From positions 46,004,001 through 46,068,000 of the forward strand of contig OZ024745.1 of the NCBI GenBank assembly GCA_964016885.1: a stretch of 64,000 nucleotides of DNA, given 5' to 3'. This DNA comes from Eledone cirrhosa. Taxonomy: Eukaryota. The notes beneath the pieces are model-generated. The model saw only the letters and a program-made list of their open reading frames with translations. It did no database searches and was not told where the DNA came from. Every line of letters begins with the position of its first letter. Position 1 is the stretch's first letter. This document shows positions 44,396 through 58,985 of the stretch, in pieces. A program made the translations under genes and the position numbers.

Positions 44396-44744
44396 CCAGT
44401 TTATTCAACTGAATTGAGGTCCAGTAGAGGCTAAGGGCTAATTCAGTGATGGACTTGGCGTCCTGAATAAGGGGTGGAATGAAGTCTTCAATTTTTAGAC
44501 CCATACCGCCACATAAAACCAGAACAAGTTCTAGCTTCATGAACTTACAGACTTGCGACTGTGAGTTAAGGTTAATGTTTGTCTGTGGCGGTATGGGACT
44601 GAGAATTCAAGACGCTCTTCTACCCCTTATACGGGACATCATCTACGAAGTTCAGGATCTTCAAGGCTTCTGTCGAGACTATCTTGCTATATGATTCGGA
44701 GTCCTGAACTCTCAGTGTCGCCCGCTCAAGGAGACTGGAGGGTT

Positions 44745-45010
44745 CGTTCCTATACCAAAATGTTACGTGTGGTGTTCAACTTCTCCTGGCAAAGTCTCTC
44801 TACCAACAAAGGTATTTATAGTGAACTGCTACAGGTTTTATCGAAAGTTCGACAACGTCACTTGACTCTTGCTGATAATGTTTCCTGCTATGATGGACCT
44901 GCAGTGAAACTGCTTCTCTGACCACCAGATGCAAAGCGTCGAGTGGGATGTCCAAACATAAGCATCAGGCCTCTGTTGACGATGAACACAGGCCTCAATG
45001 GACGGGATCT
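44745..45010 (+). mobile_element. RTE/RTE-X-like LINE C-terminal relic
   Basis: YTKMLRVVFNFSWQ..TNKGIY..KVRQRHLTLA..RRVGCP. Confidence 0.6.
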
Positions 45011-45209
45011 TCTTGCTGAGACATCGGTAAGTCTGGAACAAGAACTTCGTACGTGCTTCACCTTCGATGGAGGGATGACTCAAGAAGAAGTATCCCTGGC
45101 AAGTGTTTCTGCAACAATAAATTAATGCCAAATCAAAAAAGACAAAAACTTTGCAAAACTCCATTATAAATATGTGTGTGTGTGTGTATGTGTGTGTGTG
45201 TGTGTGTGT

Positions 45210-45254
<45 letters not shown>

Positions 45255-45470
45255 GCTGTGTATACTCCTGTGTATGTGTGTGTGTCTTTGTAAAAAGAGA
45301 TTGAGAGAGAATTTTCTATTTGTGTATGTGTGTATATGTGAGTCTGTTGAGAGAGAGAAAGCGAGTGTTTTGTGTGTATACATGTTTGTGTGTGTGTGTG
45401 TGTGTGGAAAGCGAGTGAGAGAGAGAGTTTTCTAGTGAGCGAATGTCTTTCTACGATTAAAGTGCTTCAC

Positions 45471-45512
<42 letters not shown>

Positions 45513-46449
45513 TGCCTTCTCTCTCTTTCTTCCATGCTTTTCTCTCTCTTTCCGCCTGCTTCTCTCTCTCTTGTTTTCTCTCTCTTGCTCTCTCTCTCTT
45601 CTCTCCCTTTCTCTACCTTGCTCTCTCTTCCTCTCTCTATCCCCCCCCTCTCTCTCTCCCTCCCTGCCTTGCCATCTCTCTCTCTCTCTCTCTGTCTCTC
45701 TCTTGCTCTCACTCCTCTCTCTCTCCCTCTCTCCCTCTCTCTCTCCCTTGCTCTCTCTCTCTCCCTCTCTGTCTCTCTCTCCCTCCCTCTTTCTTCCTTT
45801 CACTTGCTCACACTCTCCATTGCTCTCTTCCTATCTTTCTCTGTTTTTCTGTACTTCGCGATTCTTCCTCTTTCCTTTCTGTCCCTAGAAAATGTTCATG
45901 GGTTGGTATGAAACTACAAGTAACCGGTCTTACTAACAATAAATAAGTGGTCAGAGCTTGTTGGTCAGTTTACTAATCAATATAGTCATTAATCAACAGG
46001 TTGTTTCAACTGTCTTATTAACACATGTCAACCTATTCCGTCAACAATGGCTGCACATGCTTGTTTTCAGAGACAAATGAGAAAATTAAATCTACGCTTG
46101 TGCGCCCAAGGAAATGACCCTTACAATAAACTGATGAGAGGAATCGTTGCCGTTTTCTATCTTGACGTTGGTGACTAAAAACAGATTTTGACCGAATATG
46201 AATGTCAGTGTGAGAATCTATGTGTTCGTTTGGGTCTGTGCCTTCGTATGAGTCTATTATTTTATTTACAGCCGTTTTATGAATAAATAAATGGTTCCAG
46301 GTGACTTTACTATCGTTGCAGTAGACCAGTGAAAGAAGTTTCCCGAAAACACTGTTGTACTCTATGAAAACTCATCAGATGCGTCCTTTTAGGAATTCAG
46401 TTAAACTCTTTTATTACATTTGTTTTCTATTATATAGACTAATTGACAG

Positions 46450-47235
46450 AAATGGTTGAGAGGCGTAAATTATTGCTTTATAACATATGATTACGTGCCT
46501 TTGCGTTCTGAGCTCAAAACCCGTGAAGATCAACTTTTCCTTTCATTTTTACCGGTGTGGATAGAATTAATATTAATCAAGTGTTGTGGTCGATCTCATT
46601 TTTTCCCCTAAATGTGGCTACATTAGGTATTATATATCATGTAAGGCGGTGGATTGACAGAGTTGTTAAAGAGTCGAACAAATTCTTAGCAGTATTTGTT
46701 TCAGCTCTTTAATTTCTCAATTCAAATCCCGTCGAGGTTAGCTTTGCCTTTCATCCTTGCAGGGTCGTTAAAATAAAGCACCAGTAACGCAATGAGGTCG
46801 ATTTAATCGACTTTCCCTTCCCTTTAAATTGTTGATCTTGTGCCAAAAGTAGAAACCATTATATATCATGTAAGAGCGAAGGATAAGCAGAGTCGTTAAA
46901 GAGTCGGACAAATGCTTAGCAGTATTTATTTCGGCTCTTCTTTTTCAGTTCAAATACCACCGAAGTCAACTTTGACTCGCAACCTTCAGGGGTCAATTAC
47001 AGGGATCGATATAATCTACTCTACATTTCTCTCTAAATTGTTGGCCTTGTACCACGTTTAGAAGCCATTATATATGATATTACATGTAAAGAGCTGTGAC
47101 TCGACAGAATCAGTAAAATGTCGGAGAGAAGTGCTTTATGATATTTAGTTGCAGCCTTTTACATTCTGAGTTTAAATCTGAACGGTGTCGATGTATTCTT
47201 TCATTCTTCCGGAGAAGTACGTACAATTCAAGTAC
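46450..47235 (+). mobile_element. Cluster of about four diverged head-to-tail SINE copies
   Basis: B-box-like motifs at ~46511, 46720, 46948 and 47169, each followed by a ctttca/ccttca-like core. Confidence 0.7.
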
Positions 47236-48091
47236 TTGAATAGATTTAAGGAACAATTAAACAAATTTTCTTTTCTGCAAAAACTGTTAAACAAAGACAA
47301 ATTAAAATGTATCAGAAAAAAGAACTAACGCTGCAAATGATGACATTACTATTTATATTTTTTTTAAAGTAATGTTCCGTTCACTCTCAAACAATCTCCG
47401 AGGACAATGCATTTCTTGAAAACTTTGTCAAATAAAACAATTGAAAAGGCCATCTTTTTTCTTTCTTTTCTCGTCTCATCATGTCTGATGATCGGCAAAT
47501 ATGCGATGAAGAGTTATAACAAATATGTGCGTATTTTGTATATATATATATATACATACATATATTATATATATAGTAATAATAATAAATTTGAAGACTA
47601 AAATCCAAAGAGGGCTCGATAAGGATAAATATATATCAAATATATAAGAACCGTAGAGCAAATATTTATTAAAATAACAGATTAAAGTTTAAGCAAAGAA
47701 TCGCTGAGAATCGCTGCTTTCACCCTTAACGGGATCTTCTGAAACTAACAAAGTCAATCTGTAAACGCAGAAGTGGATATTTCAAAAAAACGTTGCCACC
47801 GGAGGAAGACGATACTTTGGTTCGTGGAAACGTTCCCTGGCAAAGAACGGGAAAAAACGAATATAATACGTCATTAATAGGAGCGATGAAAAACAATTAC
47901 GCGCAAAGACAGAACCACGTTTATTGTATAAAAGAAGTCGTAGACTAATGTTCTCTTAGGTGGTTCATAGAGACGTTCTCTGGCAATGAACGGAAAAAAC
48001 GAAGATAATACGTCATATGTGGAACGTGGAGAACAATTACCCAAGTGCATTACTGGTACTTTATTTTATTGGTAAACAATAATGATATATT

Positions 48092-48148
<57 letters not shown>

Positions 48149-48282
48149 ATAATAATAAATTTGAAGACTAAAATCCAAAGAGGGCTCGATAAGGATAAAT
48201 ATATAAATATATAAATATAAAGATCTCGTTAAGGGTGAAAGCATCGATTCTTTGCTTAAACTTTAATCTGTTATTTTAATAA

Positions 48283-48316
<34 letters not shown>

Positions 48317-48350
48317 GTATATATATATATACATACATATATATATATAT

Positions 48351-48651
48351 AAACAAGGTTTAGCCTTCTGCCTCTATCTTTACATCGGCCCTTGATAAAC
48401 CTGTTTCTACATCATCCACTCTCATCCCGGGAACAGTTTTGATAGCGCTAGTCTGTAATTTAAATTCAGGAATTTTATATTCTTTGAATGAAAAGAACCT
48501 TCTGACGAGAATCTTTCTTTGCAACGAAGGCCGTATGGTCTCCGTTTTATTTTTGGGATTCGAAACCGATCGGTAAAGGTAACTATAGTAGGTAAAGTCA
48601 ATTTTTTAAAATTTATTTTGAAACTTTTTCATTATTTGCTAAACCTTGTTT
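48351..48651 (+). mobile_element. 300-bp hammerhead cassette between (TA)n tracts with 14-bp inverted termini
   Basis: aaacaaggtttagc ... gctaaaccttgttt. Confidence 0.75.
48497..48580 (+). ncRNA. Type I hammerhead ribozyme, canonical core
   Basis: acctt-CTGACGA-gaatc...gattc-GAAA-ccgatcgg-TA-aaggt. Confidence 0.88.
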
Positions 48652-50505
<1,854 letters not shown>

Positions 50506-50550
50506 GAAAAAGAACACAAGAGCGTCTACAATATCAAAAGATTTTTATTG

Positions 50551-50595
50551 GCTTACAATGTTTCTTCCTTACGTAACCGTAGGTTTCGTCAGAGC
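50551..50595 (-). ncRNA. Minimal hammerhead (left arm)
   Basis: rc: gct-CTGACGA-aacctacggttacgtaaggaa-GAAA-cattg-TA-agc. Confidence 0.72.
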
Positions 50596-51471
50596 TATAA
50601 AAGGGGTTTGATTGGTGTTATGGACTCTACCAACCAAACATTCAAGAACAAAGAGTAAAGAGAGTAAAGAGCAAAAGTAGGGGACGATAAGTCTAATTTT
50701 GGTGTGGGAGGGTGGGCTGTGGGTCCTTGTTTACTACCTGCGGTCATACCCGTTTACTAGCTGCGGTCATACCCGTAAGTGAATTGAAGGTTCTGCAACT
50801 CTGATACACAGATTATTTATTATTAAGATGTATAAACTTGACATAACTATTATCATCTTATATTCTCTCAACTAATCACACTTGATCATATTTCTCTATC
50901 CCGTTTTCTCCGCCCATAATTATTATATTTTTATTATTATTTGAAAAAATCGGTTTTTTTACATTGTGTTTTCCCCTCCAAATATTCGCTTATATTTCTT
51001 TATATATTCTCTATATATTTTTTTATCTTTATTATTTCCACTTTTATCCTCCATTATATTTTACCTTATTCTTACTTTTATACCTTATTATAGTGTAATC
51101 TTCCCCATGCCTTATTATACACTATTAAATATAGATTATTATTATTACTCTTTTTCCATTTCTAATTACCTCATGTACTTTCTCCTCCGCTATATATATA
51201 TATATATATATATATTGTATGCCCTTTGTGTTTGTGTAGCCTCTGCGCACCCTCTGCACCATACTATCGACGCCACCCCATCTATGGTTCAGCTAACCAC
51301 CCGACTCCCGGGAATGAATATGACCGCAGCTAGTAAACAAGGACCCACACCCCACCCTCCCGCACCAAAATTAGACTTATCGTCCCCTACTTTTGGTCTT
51401 TACTCTCTTTACTCTTTGTTCTTGAATATTTGGTTGGTAGAGTCCATAACACCAATCAAACCCCTTTTATA

Positions 51472-51516
51472 GCTCTGACGAATCCGACGGTTACGTAAGG
51501 AAGAAACATTGTAAGC
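51472..51516 (+). ncRNA. Minimal hammerhead (right arm)
   Basis: gct-CTGACGA-atccgacggttacgtaaggaa-GAAA-cattg-TA-agc. Confidence 0.68.
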
Positions 51517-51671
51517 CAATAAAAGTCTTTTGATGTTGTAGACGCTCTTGCGTTCTTTTTCATATATACGGCTCTGCTCCAAAGCATAGAGCTAATTATT
51601 ATGCTGCCGATACCTTAATGGGACACGGGTATACAATACCTAACTCCTATTAACCTAAGTTTAACCTAAGT

Positions 51672-52652
<981 letters not shown>

Positions 52653-53319
52653 AAGGACGTGTTTTTACTTCTCTCCCCGAGTAAGCAGCAAGTCACACAG
52701 CCACAAAACAAAACCACAAGACAAAACCAAACAAACAAAAATTGACCGGTTAATACATTTTCATACATCTATATTATTATATATTTGAAAATTGACCGGT
52801 TAATACATTTTTCATACATCTATATTATTATATATTTGAAACCACGTGTTTTCGAACTTGTGAGTACATTTTCCTTTAACTACAAATTATTATTATATAC
52901 TTTCGTCTTTTCATTAATTTCAAATAACCAGAATATACATATATATATATATATATACTCATATTTATATATATACGCTTCTCACTCACACACAAGAAAA
53001 ACAAAAAACAAAAATAAATTTTAAAAAAATATATATATATTGAAATACTTAACTAAAACACACACACACGAACTTGTGAGTACATTTTCCTTTAGCTACA
53101 AATTATTATTATATACTTTCGTCTTTTCATTAACTTAATTAATTTCAAATAACAGAATATACATATATATATATATATATATACTCATATTTATATATAT
53201 ACGCTTCTCACTCACACACAAGAAAAACAAAAAACAAAAATAAATCAAAAATAAATTTAAAAAAAAAATATATATATATTGAAATACTTAACTAAAACAC
53301 ACACACACTCAAAACTAGA

Positions 53320-54480
53320 ATGGCTAACCAGCAAAAATCCAAACAGAACTGGTCTGATAATGAAATCGACATTCTAATAAACACATGGCATTGCCTTTCC
53401 CAAACAGAAAATATAGATGCTTCATCTCTGAACGACATTGCTAAACGTACAGTTCAATTTTTGAAAACTCGATCTGAACAACAGATTCAAAATAAATTAA
53501 AGCAAATCGAAATTGCTTTTAAATTAATCAATAAACATTTGGATAAACTACGGTGTGTTTTCTCTTCGAATGCTGTCCAGCAGCAGCAACAACAACAACA
53601 GCAGCTACAACAGCAACAACAACAACAGCTACAACAACAACATCAACAACAGCTACAACAACAACATCAACAACAGCAACAACAACAGTGTGAACCACTC
53701 CTTGATTCATCAACAATGGCCGATCTACTAAATGAAACTATTGACCCCCCAGTAGCCTCTGTCTCACAGCATGAAACGCCACATCCTTTCTCTGGCCCAG
53801 CAGTCCAATCATCACCTCTGCCAACATCTCTGCCTACTACTACTACTACTACTACAACATTTTTGTCTACTGCTATGTCAAGGAATTTACCTTCTAATAC
53901 CAGAACAAGAACTCTCCCTCCCACAGTCCACAAAGGTCGTCAAATCCTACCCAAACCATCATCTACACCTCTCACAACACCCACACCCACATACCCACCC
54001 ACTCGAAACCCCATCATTTGCCGCTACTCTCTACGCTATAGAATATGTACGGATAGTGGCTGCAAATTCACCCATTTACCTAGGACAAAACGATCTATCC
54101 CCACAAACAGCCACCACCATAATACATACTCTAATTTAACACCAACACAACCACCAATAACTCAAACAAGGAATCCACAAATCTGCCGTTTTTCCCTGCG
54201 AGACAGATTGTGTTTAGACCGGGATTGTCCCTTTACCCATCTCCCGGGGACCCGTCGGATAAATGAAAATAAAATTAAAAATAAAAGCAAAAACAAAAAC
54301 CATAACCTACATAAAAATAACCACTACCACAGTCACCAACAGTCTTCTAAACAGGAAACTTCTTCCTCTTTTTTAGCCATAATGAATCTGGCAAAAGAAC
54401 TGGAAAAAAACATTCGAGCTATCACCCAGCACCACCCTCCACTATCACCCCACTGCACAAACTCCCATTGCTGCCATTAA
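53320..54480 (+). CDS. LINE ORF1: Myb/SANT-like N-terminus, polyQ, two CCCH zinc fingers
   Basis: NWSDNEIDILINTW..RSEQQIQNKLK; ICRYSLRYRICTDSGCKFTH; ICRFSLRDRLCLDRDCPFTH. Confidence 0.85.
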   Translation: MANQQKSKQNWSDNEIDILINTWHCLSQTENIDASSLNDIAKRTVQFLKTRSEQQIQNKLKQIEIAFKLINKHLDKLRCVFSSNAVQQQQQQQQQLQQQQQQQLQQQHQQQLQQQHQQQQQQQCEPLLDSSTMADLLNETIDPPVASVSQHETPHPFSGPAVQSSPLPTSLPTTTTTTTTFLSTAMSRNLPSNTRTRTLPPTVHKGRQILPKPSSTPLTTPTPTYPPTRNPIICRYSLRYRICTDSGCKFTHLPRTKRSIPTNSHHHNTYSNLTPTQPPITQTRNPQICRFSLRDRLCLDRDCPFTHLPGTRRINENKIKNKSKNKNHNLHKNNHYHSHQQSSKQETSSSFLAIMNLAKELEKNIRAITQHHPPLSPHCTNSHCCH

Positions 54481-57400
54481 CAAACAAACAAATTAACAAC
54501 ACACCAAAACAATTAAAATCATCCACTCTCGCCTCTACATTTTTGCTTAACGCCCAAGGCATCAGCCCTTCCACCAATACTCAAAAATGGAAGATCAAAT
54601 TCCTGGAGGACTGGATTGATGTCCATCCAAACCACATCCCTTTCTTCGTCCTCACTGAAACCCATCTCAGTAACCTCCACTTGGAAGCCGAGGTGAAAGT
54701 GAAAAATTTCAAAGCCATCCGTGCTGATCGCGCTGGCAGAAGAAAGGGCGGAACTGCCATTTATGTCCATAATTCTTTCTCAACAGAGGCTATGAACATA
54801 TTCACTAATGGATACTGTGAGGCAGTCACTGTATTCAGTCAAACCAACAACCTATTAGTAGTTGGGCTCTATAGGCCACCCCAAACGCCTGTACCATGCT
54901 TCAAGGAATGCCTCAACAGCATAAAGTGTTTCATCCAAGAGTGTCACCCTGACAACATCTTAATGATGGGGGACTTCAACCTCCCCGGAGTTGACTGGTC
55001 CACAAACACCCTGCCACCAGGTTCTTCTGCCTCAACCTCTGACAGGGAAGCTGTGGAATCGCTTCTTGACTTCATGGATGATTTCTTCCTATCCCAACTA
55101 GTGCTCGAACCAACGAGGTGCCACAAAAACGTCCTAGACTTAATTTTCAGCAATCACACTGACAATATCCACAATATTGCAGTGGAGAAAACTCTACTCT
55201 CTGATCATGACATGGTTCTCTGTGATCTGAGATTCCACCGTCCAATATACAAACCCAATGTCATTTCTCCTGTCCATCCGTTTGACGCTATGGATTTCCA
55301 CAATGCAAACTGGGAAGCGATCAGTCATGATCTTGCACATGTCGACTGGTCCTTCACGCACACTCATACACCCACTAACATCAAAAAGTCCTGGCAGACA
55401 TTTGTGGACACTGTTACAAACATATGTGCTAAACACACCCCATTAAGAACTATAAACAAATCTAAGAGCAGAATCCCTAGAAATAGAAAAACGCTCATCA
55501 GAAAAATTAAGAGAACGAACAAAAAAATCAACAATCTGAAATACTGTCAGCAGCAACACATCAACTTGACTGCCATTTCATCACTAGAGATTAAAAAACA
55601 TAACCTCCAAAACAACATAATGTCCCTCATCAACAATCAGAGAAGAGCTGAAGAGGCCTGGGCCATTGAGAAGATCAAACTCAATCCCAAAGTGTTCTTT
55701 TCATTTGCAAAAAAACACAAAATTACTGGCTCTACTGTTGGCCCTCTAATTGATGAAAATGGCACTCTTCAAGACAATGCTAAAACCATGGGTGAGATAC
55801 TGCAGAAACAATACTGCTCTGTTTTCAGCAATCCTGATATGGCCGATCTGGGCTGTATCGGCGATGTTACTCCCCATTACACCTTATCGGACATAACGTT
55901 TGGCGCCCCTGATGTCTTGGCGGCAATAAAGGAAATCAAGCATAATTCAGCAGTAGGTCCCGATAGGTTCCCTGCTTGTGTCTTGAAGGCGTGTCAACAC
56001 CAACTTGCTTCTCCTCTTGCCAATCTGTGGCGGAACTCACTGGATGCTGGATATGTGCCAGAAAACCTTCTATCCCAGTCTGTTGTCCCAGTTTTCAAAA
56101 AGGGAAACAAATCCCTTGCCGTGAATTACCGTCCAATCTCACTCACCTCTCATATCATTAAGGTATTTGAGCGAGTGGTGAGATCGCGAATGACCCACTT
56201 CCTTGAGAGTAACAATATGCTGAACTCCAACCAGCATGGATTCCGTAATGGAAGGGATTGCCTGACGCAACTACTGCATCACTTTGATGACATTTTGAGA
56301 GCCTTGGGAGAGGGTTCCAACACTGATGTTATCTACCTTGATTTCAGCAAGGCCTTTGACAGGGTTGATCATAACATTCTACTGAGAAAGCTGTCCAATA
56401 TTGGTGTCACTGGAAAGCTGCTGCAGTGGATCAAGAGCTTCCTGTCAAACAGAACCCAACATGTTGTAGTTGAGGGAGTCAAATCAAGCCCAGCCAAAGT
56501 CAGTAGTGGAGTCCCACAAGGCACTGTGTTGGGCCCACTTCTCTTCATCATCTATATTAATGACATCACTGACATCATCAAACACAGCAACATTAAAATT
56601 TTCGCTGATGATTCCAAGCTCCAAAAGGTCATCAATGGCGTGGATGACCGGATAAGCCTTCAGTCAGACCTACTGGCTGTTACCCAATGGGCAGAAAAGA
56701 ACAACATGTTACTGAACGAAGACAAATTCGAACTGATCCACTTTGGAAAAGAGGATGCTCTGAAACTCCCGTACTCCCTTCCCTCCGGGGAAACTCTCGT
56801 GGCATCTAACAACATCAGAGACTTGGGAGTAACCGTGGACAGCAACATAAGCTGGACCACGCATATAAGCAGCAAAGTTGACATGGCCCGCAGAATGTGT
56901 TCCTGGATCCTCAGAACCTTCCAGTCGAGAGATTCCCGCACCATTATCCTTCTCTTCTCTACTTTCGCCCGACCACACCTTGAATACTGTTGTCCACTGT
57001 GGTCTCCCCACACGAAACAAAGTATCATGAAACTTGAAGCTCCTCAAAGGGCAATCACGAAAAAGATAGATGGCATGTCAGACCTTGACTACTGGGGTCG
57101 ATTGGAAAACCTGAAACTTTACTCACTCCAACGTCGCCGTGAGCGTTATATTATCTGCATGATGTGGAAAATGTTCCATCATCACTGCCCAAATGATGTT
57201 GGCATCGCCTTCAAGATACACCCAAGGCTTGGGCCCCGTGCTATCCGTCCCATTCAAAAATCTAAATCGCAACTCATAACAACAATACGGCACAATTATT
57301 TCACCTCAATCGGCCCTGCTCTCTTCAACATCACACCAGGACACGTCAAAACAGAAACTGACCACACAAAATTCAAGAAGTCTTTGGACAAATTCCTCCA

Positions 57401-57488
57401 AGTAATCCCGGACAAACCACCCACACCCGGATATGTCTCCGCAAACAGTAATTCTCTTCTCGAATGGGCCATGGTGCCCAAATCCTGA
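54351..57488 (+). CDS. LINE ORF2: AP endonuclease plus reverse transcriptase (frame open from 54351, no ATG before the endonuclease)
   Basis: LLNAQG, LTETHL, YRPP, MGDFN, LDL, SDH; NYRPISLTS, QHGF, YLDFSKAFD, GVPQG, FADD. Confidence 0.95.
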   Translation, partial: TGNFFLFFSHNESGKRTGKKHSSYHPAPPSTITPLHKLPLLPLTNKQINNTPKQLKSSTLASTFLLNAQGISPSTNTQKWKIKFLEDWIDVHPNHIPFFVLTETHLSNLHLEAEVKVKNFKAIRADRAGRRKGGTAIYVHNSFSTEAMNIFTNGYCEAVTVFSQTNNLLVVGLYRPPQTPVPCFKECLNSIKCFIQECHPDNILMMGDFNLPGVDWSTNTLPPGSSASTSDREAVESLLDFMDDFFLSQLVLEPTRCHKNVLDLIFSNHTDNIHNIAVEKTLLSDHDMVLCDLRFHRPIYKPNVISPVHPFDAMDFHNANWEAISHDLAHVDWSFTHTHTPTNIKKSWQTFVDTVTNICAKHTPLRTINKSKSRIPRNRKTLIRKIKRTNKKINNLKYCQQQHINLTAISSLEIKKHNLQNNIMSLINNQRRAEEAWAIEKIKLNPKVFFSFAKKHKITGSTVGPLIDENGTLQDNAKTMGEILQKQYCSVFSNPDMADLGCIGDVTPHYTLSDITFGAPDVLAAIKEIKHNSAVGPDRFPACVLKACQHQLASPLANLWRNSLDAGYVPENLLSQSVVPVFKKGNKSLAVNYRPISLTSHIIKVFERVVRSRMTHFLESNNMLNSNQHGFRNGRDCLTQLLHHFDDILRALGEGSNTDVIYLDFSKAFDRVDHNILLRKLSNIGVTGKLLQWIKSFLSNRTQHVVVEGVKSSPAKVSSGVPQGTVLGPLLFIIYINDITDIIKHSNIKIFADDSKLQKVINGVDDRISLQSDLLAVTQWAEKNNMLLNEDKFELIHFGKEDALKLPYSLPSGETLVASNNIRDLGVTVDSNISWTTHISSKVDMARRMCSWILRTFQSRDSRTIILLFSTFARPHLEYCCPLWSPHTKQSIMKLEAPQRAITKKIDGMSDLDYWGRLENLKLYSLQRRRERYIICMMWKMFHHHCPNDVGIAFKIHPRLGPRAIRPIQKSKSQLITTIRHNYFTSIGPALFNITPGHVKTETDHTKFKKSLDKFLQVIPDKPPTPGYVSANSNSLLEWAMVPKS

Positions 57489-57595
57489 ATTGAAAGACTT
57501 CGCCAGGTGGTGCTATTAAGTTAGACATGGCCTGGGCCAATACTGGCCAAAACATTTCAAAGTTATTCAAAGTTATTCAAAGTTACATGTATATA

Positions 57596-57631
<36 letters not shown>

Positions 57632-57929
57632 TGTATGTATGTATGTATGTATGTATGTATGTATGTATGTATGTATATATATATATATATATTTCGTTTC
57701 TGAATTTGTTTAGCAAGATTCTTTATCTGAAATCGTGTGTTGAAACCGATATTGTTATACTTTGGGAGGGTCATGTTGCCAATAAGAAACACACGCACCA
57801 GTTGCTTTCACTTCAATTTATTATATATTTATAAATTTATAAATTTCTGGTTGGTTGGTTGGTTCCACAACCAGATAGTTGTTTATATATAGTCATAGTT
57901 CTTTCGTCACACACTCTGTGACCCTAGAG

Positions 57930-58420
57930 GTGAATTAGCTTACAAATTTAGAAGGGCCCTAAATAAACATAAACTCAATATTAAGATAGTAGAAAGACTA
58001 GGTACCTCCGTAAAAACACTTATTAGCAAGACATACCCTTTTCAAAGACCCTCATGTATAGAGAAGAAATGTATAACCTGTAAAATAAGCTCCCATATTA
58101 ACTGTAAAACTAGAAATGTAGTGTATAGCATAAGATGTACTGAAGGACAATGTAGAGACAAAAATATAGTGTACATAGGTGAGACAGCTCGTAGTGTAGG
58201 GGAACGGATAAATGAACACTGGCGAGACCTTCAAGATAATAAAGAATCATCTGTACTCTACCAACATGCTAAGATAGAACACAAGGGTAAATTAGAGAAC
58301 ATAGAAATAAAAAATAGAATCTACACACAGAAAAGACGCAATGTTTAGACAAATTACAGAGGCAATAAACATAAAAGAATTACAACCAAAATTAAATAGA
58401 AAATATGAGTGGAACAGCAA
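57930..58420 (+). pseudogene. Penelope GIY-YIG endonuclease, 5'-truncated, apparent frameshift near 58315
   Basis: C..C...NCKTRNVVYSIRC..C..YIGETARSVGERINEH..SVLYQH..H; then RQITEAINIKELQPKLN in another frame. Confidence 0.9.
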
Positions 58421-58639
58421 CATCACAACTTACAATTAAGGACAAAATGAAAACACACACACACATAGAACAAACAACCAACCAGTAACATGTAAATAAA
58501 CAAATAAATAAATGAACATAAACACACACAGACACCCGGATGTGGCGCATGCGCAGACTGAGCACACAACACACACACAGAAACAAAATGGCGTAGGACA
58601 GAACAAAGGAGAGGCACAGAAACAAAGAAAGGAATCCCC

Positions 58640-58684
58640 AGTCACTGAAGAGGTCACAGAGTGTGTGACGAAAGAACTATGACT
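58640..58684 (+). ncRNA. Minimal hammerhead in the Penelope pLTR
   Basis: agtca-CTGAAGA-g-gtcac-agagtgt-gtgac-GAAA-gaac-TA-tgact. Confidence 0.8.
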
Positions 58685-58826
58685 ATATATAAACAACTAT
58701 CTGGTTGTGGAACCAACCAACCAACCAGAAATTTATAAATTTATAAATTTATAAATATATAATAAATTGAAGTGAAAGCAACTGGTGCGTGTGTTTCTTA
58801 TTGGCAACATGACCCTCCCAAAGTAT

Positions 58827-58961
<135 letters not shown>

Positions 58962-58985
58962 TATATATATATCATTATTGTTTAC

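Larger units (their letters stand above)
50506..51671. mobile_element. Inverted repeat (50506-~50770 versus ~51320-51561) plus a 3' extension, between (TA)n tracts
   Basis: Arms are slightly diverged reverse complements; a hammerhead in each. Confidence 0.85.
52654..57585 (+). mobile_element. Apparently full-length CR1-group LINE inserted in (TA)n/(TATG)n
   Basis: 5' UTR with internal duplications, two long open frames, and a short 3' UTR ending in tandem ttcaaagtta x3. Confidence 0.93.

Noticed and set aside
46120-46385. CTGATGA motifs at ~46131(+) and ~46373(-); similar isolated ones at ~13644, 18053, 44013 and 60742
   Set aside because: No properly placed GAAA/UH with a closing stem I
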